The notes under the pieces are model-generated. The model was not told the DNA's origin and searched no databases. It saw only the letters and a list, made by a program, of their open reading frames with translations. Both the position numbers and the translations under genes were made by a program. A stretch of DNA of 64,000 nucleotides, from the NCBI GenBank assembly GCA_963834165.1, contig CAWIAL010000019.1, forward strand, positions 12,215 to 76,214, written 5' to 3'. This document shows positions 8,844 through 18,624 of this stretch, piece after piece (the stretch's first letter is position 1; every line of letters begins with the position of its first letter). The DNA is from an uncultured Alphaproteobacteria bacterium (GTDB lineage Bacteria; Pseudomonadota; Alphaproteobacteria; Rhizobiales; Rhodomicrobiaceae).

Positions 8844-10502
8844 ATGCAAATGCTTGACGAAACGTGCGCCATACGTCCAGCCAGGAAGGACGCGGCTTGG
8901 AAGGCCCTTGAAGATCATCAGAAGAAAATCGGCGAGGTCCATCTACGGGATCTCTTCGGCAACGATGCCAGCCGCGGACAGCGCATGACGGCGGAGGCTG
9001 CCGGCGTGTACCTCGACTATTCGAAAAATCGCATCAATGACGAGACGCTCAAGCTGCTTCTCGATCTGGCAGAACAATCGGGTCTTCGCGCGCGCATCGA
9101 CGCCATGTTCCGCGGCGAGAAGATAAATACGACTGAAGGCCGGGCGGTGCTGCATACAGCGCTCCGGGCGCCGGAGGGAGCATCGATTATCGTCGATGGC
9201 AAAAATGTCGTGCCGGAGGTTCATGCCGTGCTCGACAGGATGGCCGACTTCTCGAGGCGCGTCCGTGACGGCGAGTGGAAAGGTCACTCCCGCAAACGCA
9301 TCAGAAATGTCGTCAATATCGGTATCGGCGGCTCGGATCTTGGGCCCGTGATGGCCTACGAGGCCCTGAAGTATTACAGCGACCGCTCTTTAACGTTTCG
9401 CTTCGTCTCCAACATCGATGGCACCGATCTTGTCGAGGCAACGCGCGATCTCGATCCTGAAGAAACGCTATTCATCGTCTCCTCTAAAACGTTCACGACG
9501 CTGGAGACAATGACGAATGCGCACAGCGCGCGCGATTGGCTGCTGAAGGGGTTCGGCGGCGACGAGAAGGCAATTGCCAAGCACTTCGTTGCGGTGTCGA
9601 CAAACGCTTCAAAAGTTTCGGAATTCGGCATCGACACGGCGAACATGTTCGAGTTCTGGGACTGGGTCGGCGGCCGCTATTCCATGGATTCCGCCATCGG
9701 CCTCTCTACGATGCTGGCCATCGGCCCGGAAAACTTCCGCGCCATGCTCGATGGCTTCCATGAAATGGACGAGCACTTTCGCACCGCGCCGTTCGAGCGA
9801 AACCTGCCCGTGCTGATGGCGGTGCTGGCGATCTGGTACAACAACTTCTTCGGGGCACAGACCATCGCGGTCTTGCCCTACGAGCAATACCTCAAGCGCT
9901 TCCCTGCCTATCTCCAGCAGCTCACAATGGAGAGCAACGGCAAACACATAACTCTGGACGGGAAGGAAGTAGATTATCAGACCGGGCCGATTTACTGGGG
10001 CGAACCCGGCACCAATGGCCAGCACTCGTTCTACCAGCTGATCCACCAGGGGACCCGGCTCATTCCCTGCGACTTCATCGCCTTCGAGCAGCCTCTCAAC
10101 CCGATCGGGCGTCATCACGACATGCTGCTCGCGAACGTCTTCGCCCAGGCAGAGGCGCTGGCCTTCGGCAAAACAAGCGAAGAAGTGAAGGCGGAAGGCA
10201 CGCCCGATTGGCTCGTTCCTCACCGCACATTCGAAGGCAATCGCCCATCGAACATGATTCTGATGGAACGGCTGACGCCCGCCGCGCTCGGCAAGCTGGT
10301 CGCGCTCTACGAGCACAATGTTTTCACGCAAGGGGCGATCTGGGACATCGACTCGTTCGACCAATGGGGCGTCGAACTCGGCAAGGTGCTTGCGCAGCGC
10401 ATCATCGGAGAGCTGGAACGCCCAACGGGAACCGAACCCGGCCACGACAGTTCGACCAATGAGCTGATCAACCGCTACCGCAACGCAAAGGCGGCTTCAT
10501 GA
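8844..10502 (+). CDS. pgi: Glucose-6-phosphate isomerase
   Basis: ..[54 protein letters not shown].. The ATG at 8844 gives 552 aa. The same frame is open upstream to 8427. Confidence 0.9.
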   Translation: MQMLDETCAIRPARKDAAWKALEDHQKKIGEVHLRDLFGNDASRGQRMTAEAAGVYLDYSKNRINDETLKLLLDLAEQSGLRARIDAMFRGEKINTTEGRAVLHTALRAPEGASIIVDGKNVVPEVHAVLDRMADFSRRVRDGEWKGHSRKRIRNVVNIGIGGSDLGPVMAYEALKYYSDRSLTFRFVSNIDGTDLVEATRDLDPEETLFIVSSKTFTTLETMTNAHSARDWLLKGFGGDEKAIAKHFVAVSTNASKVSEFGIDTANMFEFWDWVGGRYSMDSAIGLSTMLAIGPENFRAMLDGFHEMDEHFRTAPFERNLPVLMAVLAIWYNNFFGAQTIAVLPYEQYLKRFPAYLQQLTMESNGKHITLDGKEVDYQTGPIYWGEPGTNGQHSFYQLIHQGTRLIPCDFIAFEQPLNPIGRHHDMLLANVFAQAEALAFGKTSEEVKAEGTPDWLVPHRTFEGNRPSNMILMERLTPAALGKLVALYEHNVFTQGAIWDIDSFDQWGVELGKVLAQRIIGELERPTGTEPGHDSSTNELINRYRNAKAAS

Positions 10503-10577
10503 TGGCACCCTGGGTTCGGTGAGGAACTTTCGGGCTGCCGCTGGGAAGCGGCGACTGAGCTAAGCAAGGAGAATCTC

Positions 10578-11594
10578 ATGCAACTCGGGATGGTTGGACT
10601 CGGCAGAATGGGGGCCAACATGGTGCGGCGGCTCCTGAAGGACGGCCATCAATGCGTGGTTTTCAATAGGTCGCCCAAGCCCGTAGAGGCGATGGTGCAC
10701 GAAGGCGCCATCGGATCCTCCTCGCTCGAAGACATGGCCAGGAAACTGGAGAGACCGCGTGCGGTCTGGTTGATGGTCCCCGCCGCGGCTGTCGACGATA
10801 CAATCGCCGGGCTGCTGCCTCACCTTGAAAGTGGAGACATCCTCATCGACGGCGGCAACTCGTACTATGTGGATGACATCCGGCGCGCCGGTGAGCTCGT
10901 ATCGAAGAATATCCACTACGTGGACGTTGGAACCAGCGGCGGCATCTGGGGCCTGGAGCGCGGTTACTGCCTGATGATCGGCGGCCCCGATCCTGCCGTG
11001 AAGCATCTCGACCCGATCTTCCAGTCGCTCGCGCCGGGCACGGGCCAAATCCCTCGCACGCCAGGACGCGAACACCTCGAAGGCACGGCAGAGCTGGGCT
11101 ATCTCCATTGCGGGCCGAGCGGCGCCGGTCACTTCGTCAAGATGGTGCATAATGGGATCGAATACGGCGTCATGAGCGCCTATGCCGAGGGGCTGAACAT
11201 CCTGCGCCATGCCGATGTTGGCGCGAAACAGCACGCGGTCGATGCGGAGACTACGCCGCTGCGCGACCCCGCGCTTTATCAATACAACTTCAATTTAGCG
11301 GATGTCGCCGAAGTTTGGCGGCGCGGAAGCGTCATTGCCTCCTGGCTGCTGGACCTTTCAGCCGCGGCCTTGGCCAAGAATGCGTCTCTGTCCGGGTTTG
11401 AGGGAAGGGTTTCAGACTCCGGTGAAGGGCGGTGGACGATCAAAGCCGCTATCGATGAAGCGGTGCCGGTGCCGGTGCTCTCTTCCGCGCTTTTTGAGCG
11501 TTTCAGCTCGCGCGGGGAAGCCGATTTCGCCGACAAGCTGTTATCGGCAATGCGCTACGAGTTCGGGGGACATCTGGAGAAATCCAGCAGTTAG
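10578..11594 (+). CDS. gnd: 6-phosphogluconate dehydrogenase, decarboxylating (short, 338 aa type)
   Basis: [38 protein letters not shown].. AAGGAG upstream. Confidence 0.9.
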   Translation: MQLGMVGLGRMGANMVRRLLKDGHQCVVFNRSPKPVEAMVHEGAIGSSSLEDMARKLERPRAVWLMVPAAAVDDTIAGLLPHLESGDILIDGGNSYYVDDIRRAGELVSKNIHYVDVGTSGGIWGLERGYCLMIGGPDPAVKHLDPIFQSLAPGTGQIPRTPGREHLEGTAELGYLHCGPSGAGHFVKMVHNGIEYGVMSAYAEGLNILRHADVGAKQHAVDAETTPLRDPALYQYNFNLADVAEVWRRGSVIASWLLDLSAAALAKNASLSGFEGRVSDSGEGRWTIKAAIDEAVPVPVLSSALFERFSSRGEADFADKLLSAMRYEFGGHLEKSSS

Positions 11595-11640
11595 CATCGA
11601 GCAGACTTACGAAAGCCCCATCCGGCCGGGAGGTGCTCTC

Positions 11641-12342
11641 ATGAAGATCGACGTGTTTGCCGACTCCGACGCTGCAGCCCGCGCGGCGGCACGTATCATC
11701 GCCGCTGAGGCACGTGCAGCTGTTGCTGCGCGCGGACAGTTTGTCATGGCTTTCAGCGGCGGCCATACGCCGTGGGTGATGCTGCGCGCGCTTGCGGAGG
11801 AAGATCTGCCCTGGGATAAGGTTCACATCGTCCAGGTAGACGAACGGGTCGCCCCTGCCGGAGACCGCGACAGAAACCTGACCCATCTGCGCGAAAGTTT
11901 GCTCGATCATGCGCCGCTGCGTGCGGATCATGTTCACGCCATGCCGGTGGAGGAATCCGATCTCAACGCCGCGGCTGCTCAATACGCCCGCACGCTGGAG
12001 CGCGTGGCCGGATCGCCGCCGGTGCTCGACCTCGTCCATCTCGGCCTCGGACCCGATGGGCACACGGCGTCGCTCGTGCCGGGCGATCCAGCCCTCGAAG
12101 TCGAAGGCGCGGATGTCGCCGTGACGGGGCCATACCAGGGGCACCGCCGGATGACGTTGACCTACCCTATTCTCAACCGGTCCCGGCGCATTCTCTGGCT
12201 CGTAACCGGCGGCGAGAAGGCGGGGATGCTCGTTCGCCTGCGCGACGGCGATAGCTCGATACCTGCGGGGAAACTGCGTCAGGACAAGGCCCTTATCGTA
12301 GCCGACCGGGCGGCGGCTGAACGGCTCGGTGCAAGCATCTGA
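11641..12342 (+). CDS. pgl: 6-phosphogluconolactonase
   Basis: ..FVMAFSGGHTP..VHIVQVDERV..DLVHLGLGPDGHTASL.. The ATG at 11641 is preceded by GGGAGG. The track ORF start at 11302 lies inside gnd. Confidence 0.85.
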   Translation: MKIDVFADSDAAARAAARIIAAEARAAVAARGQFVMAFSGGHTPWVMLRALAEEDLPWDKVHIVQVDERVAPAGDRDRNLTHLRESLLDHAPLRADHVHAMPVEESDLNAAAAQYARTLERVAGSPPVLDLVHLGLGPDGHTASLVPGDPALEVEGADVAVTGPYQGHRRMTLTYPILNRSRRILWLVTGGEKAGMLVRLRDGDSSIPAGKLRQDKALIVADRAAAERLGASI

Positions 12343-12356
12343 TTGGAGGCGAAACC

Positions 12357-14462
12357 ATGAGTGAAACCGCCGCTCATCCAGATCCGGAGATCAACACCCG
12401 CTCGATGACCCCTGAACAACTGGATCAACTGTCCATCAATACTATCCGCACGCTCTCGATGGATGCGGTGCAGCAGGCAAACTCTGGCCATCCCGGCACG
12501 CCGATGGCACTTGCGCCGCTTGTCTACACGATCTGGAACCGCGCGCTGCGCTTCGATCCGCAGGACCCGATTTGGCCAGACCGCGACCGGTTCGTGCTCT
12601 CGAACGGACACGCGTCGATGCTCTTGTGGTCTGTCCTTCACCTGACTGGGACGCGCGGAGTGAATGCCGACTACGAGCTGCTCGGGCAGCCGGCGGTGTC
12701 GCTGGACGACATCCGCCATTTCCGCCAGCTCAACAGCAAGGCGCCCGGTCATCCCGAGTACCATTTGGTTTCGGGTGTCGAGGCTACGACCGGTCCGCTC
12801 GGGCAGGGCGTGGCCATGAGCGCCGGCATGGCCATCGCAGAAAAGTGGCTCGCCAAACGCTACAACCGCCCCGGTTTCGAGATCTTCGACTACAATATTT
12901 ACGTGACTTGCAGCGATGGCGACATGATGGAAGGGGTCGCGTCGGAAGCGGCTTCGCTCGCAGGCCACCTCAAATTGGATAACCTCTGCTGGATATACGA
13001 CAACAACCATATCACGATCGAGGGGAAGACCAAGATCACCTTTACGGAAGACATCGCTTGCAGGTTTCAAAGCTACGGCTGGAGCGTCCTGCGCGTGGGC
13101 AATGCCAACGATATGGAACTTATCGAGAATGCGTTGGATGTCTTCCGGAAGACCAAGGACCGCCCGACGTTCATCATTCTCGACAGCCATATCGGCTATG
13201 GCGCGCCTCACAAGCACGACACGGCCGCGGCTCACGGCGAACCTCTCGGCGAAGAGGAGGTCCGGCTCGCGAAGCGCTTTTATGGCTGGCCCGAGGACGC
13301 AAAGTTTCTTGTTCCCGATGCGGTACGCAAACACTTCGCCGATGGAGTAGGCGCACGCGGCGCGGAGGCGCGGCGGAGGTGGAACGAACTCTTCGCTGCC
13401 TATCAGGGCAAATATCCCGAACTCGCCGCAGAAATAGACCTCATGCAGCGGCGCGAGTTGCCGGAAGGCTGGGAGCGCAATCTCCCGGTTTTTCCCGCCG
13501 ACCCCAAGGGCATCGCGGGGCGCGAAGCTTCAGGCGATGTGCTGAACGTGCTTGCGCAAAATATTCCCTGGCTTGTCGGCGGGTCGGCAGACCTCGGCAC
13601 GTCCAACAAAACCACGCTGAAATTCGAGGGCGCCGGGGACTTCGAGCCCGAGACGCCCGGCGGAAGGAACCTGCATTTCGGCATTCGCGAGCACGCTATG
13701 ATGGCGGCGGTCAACGGTCTGTCCCTATCGAAGCTCAGGGCGTTCGGCGCGACTTTCCTTATATTCAGCGATTACGCGCGCCCCGCCATACGCCTTGCGG
13801 CCATCATGGAGCTGCCGGCGATTTTCATCTTTACCCATGACGCCATGGGCGACGGTGAGGATGGCCCCACCCATCAGCCGGTGGAGCAGCTTGCCTCGAT
13901 GCGTGCGATCCCCGGTCTGGTTGTGATTCGGCCTGCCGACGCCAACGAGGTCGTGGAAGCCTACAGGTATATCATTCAGCTCCGGCACGAGCCGGCCGCC
14001 CTGGCGCTCTCGCGCCAGCCGTTGCCGACATTGGACCGCAGCAAATACGCGCCCGCCTCCGGAGTGGCGCGCGGCGCTTACGTGCTGGCCGATGCACCGG
14101 GCGGAAAGCCCGAGGTCATCCTCATCGCCACGGGCAGCGAGGTTTCTCTCGCCGTCAAAGCCCACGAACAGCTTTTGGCCGACGGCATCCGTTCCCGCGT
14201 GGTCTCCATGCCATCCTGGGACATCTTCGAACACCAGCCGCAGGAATACCGCGACAGCGTGCTCCCGCCGGATGTGACGGCTCGCGTCGCGATAGAGCAG
14301 GCTTCGACATTCGGATGGGAGCGGTACGTGGGCTGGAAAGGCCGCGTTATCGGCATGAAAACTTTCGGCGCGTCCGCTCCGCTCAAGGAACTTCAAAAGA
14401 AATTCGGCTTCGAGCAAGACTGCGTGCTGGAAGTCGTGAAGGAATTGCTCGGCAGGGCTTGA
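12357..14462 (+). CDS. tkt: Transketolase
   Basis: ..SGHPGTPMALAPL..DRDRFVLSNGHASMLLW..GPLGQG..THDAMGDGEDGPTHQP.. Confidence 0.95.
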   Translation: MSETAAHPDPEINTRSMTPEQLDQLSINTIRTLSMDAVQQANSGHPGTPMALAPLVYTIWNRALRFDPQDPIWPDRDRFVLSNGHASMLLWSVLHLTGTRGVNADYELLGQPAVSLDDIRHFRQLNSKAPGHPEYHLVSGVEATTGPLGQGVAMSAGMAIAEKWLAKRYNRPGFEIFDYNIYVTCSDGDMMEGVASEAASLAGHLKLDNLCWIYDNNHITIEGKTKITFTEDIACRFQSYGWSVLRVGNANDMELIENALDVFRKTKDRPTFIILDSHIGYGAPHKHDTAAAHGEPLGEEEVRLAKRFYGWPEDAKFLVPDAVRKHFADGVGARGAEARRRWNELFAAYQGKYPELAAEIDLMQRRELPEGWERNLPVFPADPKGIAGREASGDVLNVLAQNIPWLVGGSADLGTSNKTTLKFEGAGDFEPETPGGRNLHFGIREHAMMAAVNGLSLSKLRAFGATFLIFSDYARPAIRLAAIMELPAIFIFTHDAMGDGEDGPTHQPVEQLASMRAIPGLVVIRPADANEVVEAYRYIIQLRHEPAALALSRQPLPTLDRSKYAPASGVARGAYVLADAPGGKPEVILIATGSEVSLAVKAHEQLLADGIRSRVVSMPSWDIFEHQPQEYRDSVLPPDVTARVAIEQASTFGWERYVGWKGRVIGMKTFGASAPLKELQKKFGFEQDCVLEVVKELLGRA

Positions 14463-14475
14463 TTCGAGGTCGGAC

Positions 14476-16647
14476 GTGGCGTTCAAAGTTGAGGTAGGTC
14501 CGCCGCAAATATCCATTCATTATGGTCAGACGGTGCTGATCACAGATCTCGACGGCCAAGTCCGATGGCCGAGCGAACGCGGCCTTTTCTTTTTCGATAC
14601 CCGCGTGGTCAGCAGCTGGATGATCTACGCGAATGGTGAGCCCTTTGACCTTCTCAGTGGCGGCGCCACGACCTACTACACCTCGACCGTCCAACTCACC
14701 AATCGCACCATCCCGACGGAGGATGGCGCCATTCCACCGCGTACGCTGGGCCTCTCCGTGAGCCGATCCGTCGCCGGCGGCATGCACGAGGACCTGGACA
14801 TTTCCAATAACGGCATGAAGCCGGTGCGCTTCCAGCTTGAGATCGCACTGCGCTCCGACTTTGCTGACATCTTCGAGGTCAAATCGGGCACCATCGTGCG
14901 TCGCGGGCGCATCACCACGGAATGGTCCGATGCGGAACAGGAGCTGCGCACAACGTATCGCAACGCCGACTTCATGCGCTCGCTGACCGTCGCGCCGAGC
15001 GGAGGCGAGCCCCGGGCCGTCTATGCCAACGGGCGGCTCAGCTTCGAGGTATGCCTCCCTCCAGGCGGGTCGTGGCATTGCTGCCTCCATTACTCGCTGA
15101 CGGATGGCGAGCGCCGGTTTGAGTCTCCGCACCCTTGCGTCGCGGACAGCGACAAGCTTCGGCACGCCGAGACGCTCGCCGACTGGCTGAGGACGGTCCT
15201 GCGCATCCGCACCAGCAACGAAGAGTTCTACCGCCTTTATCGTCAGGCGCTGGAGGACATGGCTGCGCTGCGCCTGCCCATCGGCGGCACCGATCATATG
15301 GCGTTTCTGCCCGCTGCGGGTCTGCCCTGGTTCGTCGCTCCGTTCGGCCGCGACAGCCTTATCGTCTCGCTCCAGAACCTGCTGATCTATCCTGAGTTTG
15401 CGCGCGGCGCGCTGGACATCCTCGGATCGCTTCAGGCGAAGGAGGAGGATAGCTATCGCGATGCGGAGCCAGGGAAAATTCTGCACGAAATCCGCTACGG
15501 CGAGCTCGCGCATTTCAAGCTGATCCCGCACACGCCCTATTATGGCACCGCCGACGCCACGCCCCTTTATCTGATCACCCTCCACGGTGCATGGCGAGCG
15601 CTTGGGGACATCGCGCTCCTCGAACAGCATTTGGATACCGCCGAATCCTGTCTCGCCTGGATCGACAATTACGGCGACCTCGACGGCGACGGGTTCCAGG
15701 AATATCAGACCCGCTCTCCGGCCGGTTACGAGAACATGGGCTGGAAAGATTCGGGCGACGCCATCGTCTATCCGGACGGATCGCTAGTGAAGGGGCCAAA
15801 GGCGCTCTGCGAGTTGCAGGGCTATGTTTACGACGCATGGCTATGCATGGCGCAAATCTTCGATGCACTCGGCAAACATGACCGGGCTCGCGAATTGCGG
15901 ACGAAAGCCGCTGTTCTGTTCAAGCAATTCAATGAGGCTTTCTGGGACGAAGACTCAGGGTTCTACGCCCTTGCCCTCGATGGCGATAAGAGGAAGGTGC
16001 TTACGGTTGCGTCCAACCCTGGCCACTGTCTCTTGTCAGGCATCGTGCCCCATGATCGCGCTCGGAAGGTGGTGGAGCGGCTCATGGCGCCCGACATGTG
16101 GAGCGGCTGGGGCATACGCACTCTTTCGGCGCTGCATCCGGCGTTCAATCCCTACAATTACCAGACAGGGTCGGTTTGGCCGCATGACAACGGGCTCATT
16201 GCGGTGGGTTTCAAGCGCTATGGCTTCGGCGCTGAAGCGGCTCGCATCGCGCGCGACATCAGCGAGGCCGGAACCCATTTCCTGTTGAACAGGCTGCCCG
16301 AGCTCTACACCGCCCACCCGCGGGACGGGACGACATTCCCCGTGCAATATCTCGGCGCAAACGTGCCGCAAGCCTGGGCCGCGGGCTCCGTATTTAGTCT
16401 GATGCAGGCAATGCTGGGCTTTATGCCGGATGCGCCGAACGGCAAGCTCTACATCGATCCCTTGCTGCCGCGCTGGCTGCCCGATCTCACCGTGTTCGGC
16501 CTGCGCGTCGGCAGGCACCAATTCGACATCAGCTTCTGGCGCGAAGGCGAGGAGACGAAGTTCGACGTGTTGCGCGGTGATCCGAACGCCGTCGAGCGCA
16601 GCAGCGCCATCGTGCAAAGCGACCGGCTGAAGCTCGGATGCGCATGA
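14476..16647 (+). CDS. Amylo-alpha-1,6-glucosidase / glycogen-debranching-enzyme-family protein
   Basis: GTG start 13 nt after tkt. Motifs FGRDSLI, EPGKILHE, YYGTADATPLY, GWKDSGD, ELQGYVYDA, WSGWGIRTLS, YQTGSVWPHDN. Confidence 0.8.
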   Translation: MAFKVEVGPPQISIHYGQTVLITDLDGQVRWPSERGLFFFDTRVVSSWMIYANGEPFDLLSGGATTYYTSTVQLTNRTIPTEDGAIPPRTLGLSVSRSVAGGMHEDLDISNNGMKPVRFQLEIALRSDFADIFEVKSGTIVRRGRITTEWSDAEQELRTTYRNADFMRSLTVAPSGGEPRAVYANGRLSFEVCLPPGGSWHCCLHYSLTDGERRFESPHPCVADSDKLRHAETLADWLRTVLRIRTSNEEFYRLYRQALEDMAALRLPIGGTDHMAFLPAAGLPWFVAPFGRDSLIVSLQNLLIYPEFARGALDILGSLQAKEEDSYRDAEPGKILHEIRYGELAHFKLIPHTPYYGTADATPLYLITLHGAWRALGDIALLEQHLDTAESCLAWIDNYGDLDGDGFQEYQTRSPAGYENMGWKDSGDAIVYPDGSLVKGPKALCELQGYVYDAWLCMAQIFDALGKHDRARELRTKAAVLFKQFNEAFWDEDSGFYALALDGDKRKVLTVASNPGHCLLSGIVPHDRARKVVERLMAPDMWSGWGIRTLSALHPAFNPYNYQTGSVWPHDNGLIAVGFKRYGFGAEAARIARDISEAGTHFLLNRLPELYTAHPRDGTTFPVQYLGANVPQAWAAGSVFSLMQAMLGFMPDAPNGKLYIDPLLPRWLPDLTVFGLRVGRHQFDISFWREGEETKFDVLRGDPNAVERSSAIVQSDRLKLGCA

Positions 16648-16660
16648 GAGCCAAGGAACT

Positions 16661-17332
16661 CTACTTGGCTAGCGAGGAAAGGTCATAGTTGAGGAGATCG
16701 CCGATCTTTTCGATCTGGATATCGGCGGGAGGGTAGGCGGCAACAATTTTGGGATCATTGGCGTAATGGCCCTGCCTTGGGAATACCGTCGTGACTCGCT
16801 CTCCCCATATCTCTTTGATTCTGGTCAGGATGCGAAGCTTGTCGTCGATCATGACGTAATGTCTGGCAGGATAGAAACGTTCGACGTCGTCAAGCTCTTC
16901 CTCTTTATGGATGTAGATAAGAACACGGTCTTCGAAGGCCTCCCATAGGCCGGACCTTTCGACCTTGCGCGGCTGGAACACTGCATCGCCATCCGAAAGG
17001 ATTACGGCGCGCCCCAATCGCTGCGCATGTTTAACGGCATCGACTGCGCGGGGATACAAGCGATCGGCAAATGGGTAATCAACCATCCAGTTTGCCATCC
17101 GCAACAACGCGGGATCGTGAAGATCCCCAAGCCGGTACAATTCCAGCGCGCCCAAATAATCTGAATAGCCGAGCTGGCTGGTGAGCTTCTCGAAGATCGC
17201 CCAGTATCTATCGCAAGCGGTTGCGCCGTAGGACTTCTCCAAATGGTCGCTCAAATCGGCCTGGACGCGATCGTTGTCGATAAGCGTGTTGTCGACGTCG
17301 AACAGGAAGACAGTGTCGTGTGGGTCTGTCAT
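16661..17332 (-). CDS. HAD-superfamily hydrolase
   Basis: FLFDVDNTLIDND (DxDxT motif) and later ILSDGD. Convergent with the debranching gene, 13-nt gap. Confidence 0.7.
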   Translation of the reverse strand: MTDPHDTVFLFDVDNTLIDNDRVQADLSDHLEKSYGATACDRYWAIFEKLTSQLGYSDYLGALELYRLGDLHDPALLRMANWMVDYPFADRLYPRAVDAVKHAQRLGRAVILSDGDAVFQPRKVERSGLWEAFEDRVLIYIHKEEELDDVERFYPARHYVMIDDKLRILTRIKEIWGERVTTVFPRQGHYANDPKIVAAYPPADIQIEKIGDLLNYDLSSLAK

Positions 17333-17583
17333 CTCAAAATCTCGTTTCCGAACGGTCGAACCATCTCACGCGGCGCGCGCGGACGGTGCGAGCCCGCTCA
17401 CTCATCCTAACTCCGATTTCAGAAAAAGGAGCCGCGGTGGTTGCGGCCGCTTGACGGGAACGTGAAGAGCCACGCGAGCGCAGCGGCCTTCGCTTGCAGC
17501 CACGGCACTGGACAACCTCGCCAGCGGATGAGAGCATTGTTCATTCGTCGAGCGCTGCCAAAGGGAGGCACTCGGGAGAACCC

Positions 17584-18456
17584 ATGTTCGAAAAGGGCTT
17601 GTTCGAAGGCCAGCGCATTCTGGTCACAGGCGGCGGCACCGGCCTTGGCCGGGGTATGGCGGAGCGCTTCCTCAGCCTCGGCGCGGAGGTTTTCATCTGC
17701 GGCCGGCGCAAGAGCGTCTGCGAGGAGACTGCGGCAGACCTGATGCAGCGGCATGGCGGCAAGGTCACGGCTTTCGGCGTGGATATCAGAGACGCCGGGG
17801 CCGTTGACGCCATGGCGGAGGAGATATTCGCCTCCGGCCCGCTCACCGGCCTCGTCAACAACGCCGCGGGAAATTTTATTTCGCGCACCGAGGATCTCAG
17901 CCCGCGCGGCTTCGACGCCATCGCGAACATCGTCATGCACGGTACCTTCTATGTCACGCATGCGGTCGGGCGGCGATGGATCGCGGGGGGGCATCGGGGC
18001 TCGATCCTCTCAATCCTCGTGTCTTGGATTTGGAACGGCGGTCCCTTCACCGTGCCTTCGGCCATGAGCAAGGCCGCCGTCCATGCCATGACCATGTCGC
18101 TTGCTTCCGAATGGGGCCGCTACGGCATCAGGCTCAACGCCATCGCGCCGGGGGAGATCCCGACAGAAGGCATGAGCAAGCGCCTGAGCCCCACATCAGC
18201 GCCCGGCGAGCGCACATCGCAGATCAACCCGATGGGACGCGTGGGAACGATCGAGGAACTCCAGAACCTGGCGGTGTTCCTGATGTCGGACGGCTGCGAG
18301 TGGCTTACCGGCCAGACCATCTGCATGGACGGCGCGCAGGCGATGGCGATGGGCGGAAACTTCTACGAATTGCGCAGCTGGACCCATGAGGACTGGCGGC
18401 GCGCCCGCGAGGCCATTCAAGCGCAGAACGCCAAGGACCGCGCTGCCCGCGGCTGA
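17584..18456 (+). CDS. SDR-family oxidoreductase (2,4-dienoyl-CoA-reductase-like)
   Basis: ILVTGGGTGLGRGMA (Rossmann TGxxxGxG), NNAAGNF, S..K catalytic region. The ATG at 17584 is preceded by GGGAGA. Confidence 0.8.
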   Translation: MFEKGLFEGQRILVTGGGTGLGRGMAERFLSLGAEVFICGRRKSVCEETAADLMQRHGGKVTAFGVDIRDAGAVDAMAEEIFASGPLTGLVNNAAGNFISRTEDLSPRGFDAIANIVMHGTFYVTHAVGRRWIAGGHRGSILSILVSWIWNGGPFTVPSAMSKAAVHAMTMSLASEWGRYGIRLNAIAPGEIPTEGMSKRLSPTSAPGERTSQINPMGRVGTIEELQNLAVFLMSDGCEWLTGQTICMDGAQAMAMGGNFYELRSWTHEDWRRAREAIQAQNAKDRAARG

Positions 18457-18624
18457 GCCATAGCCAGGGCGAGGGGCATCTTTATCTCGGCGCTACCAGC
18501 GTCAATAGTGACTATCGTGAATTTCAACCAAAGATGGGCATAATGACGTCCCAGCCGTGGCGAAGGCGCTCAGGAAGCATTGTGCTTTTAAAGTTATCGC
18601 CGTTTTCATAGCGGAGCGTTTCCA

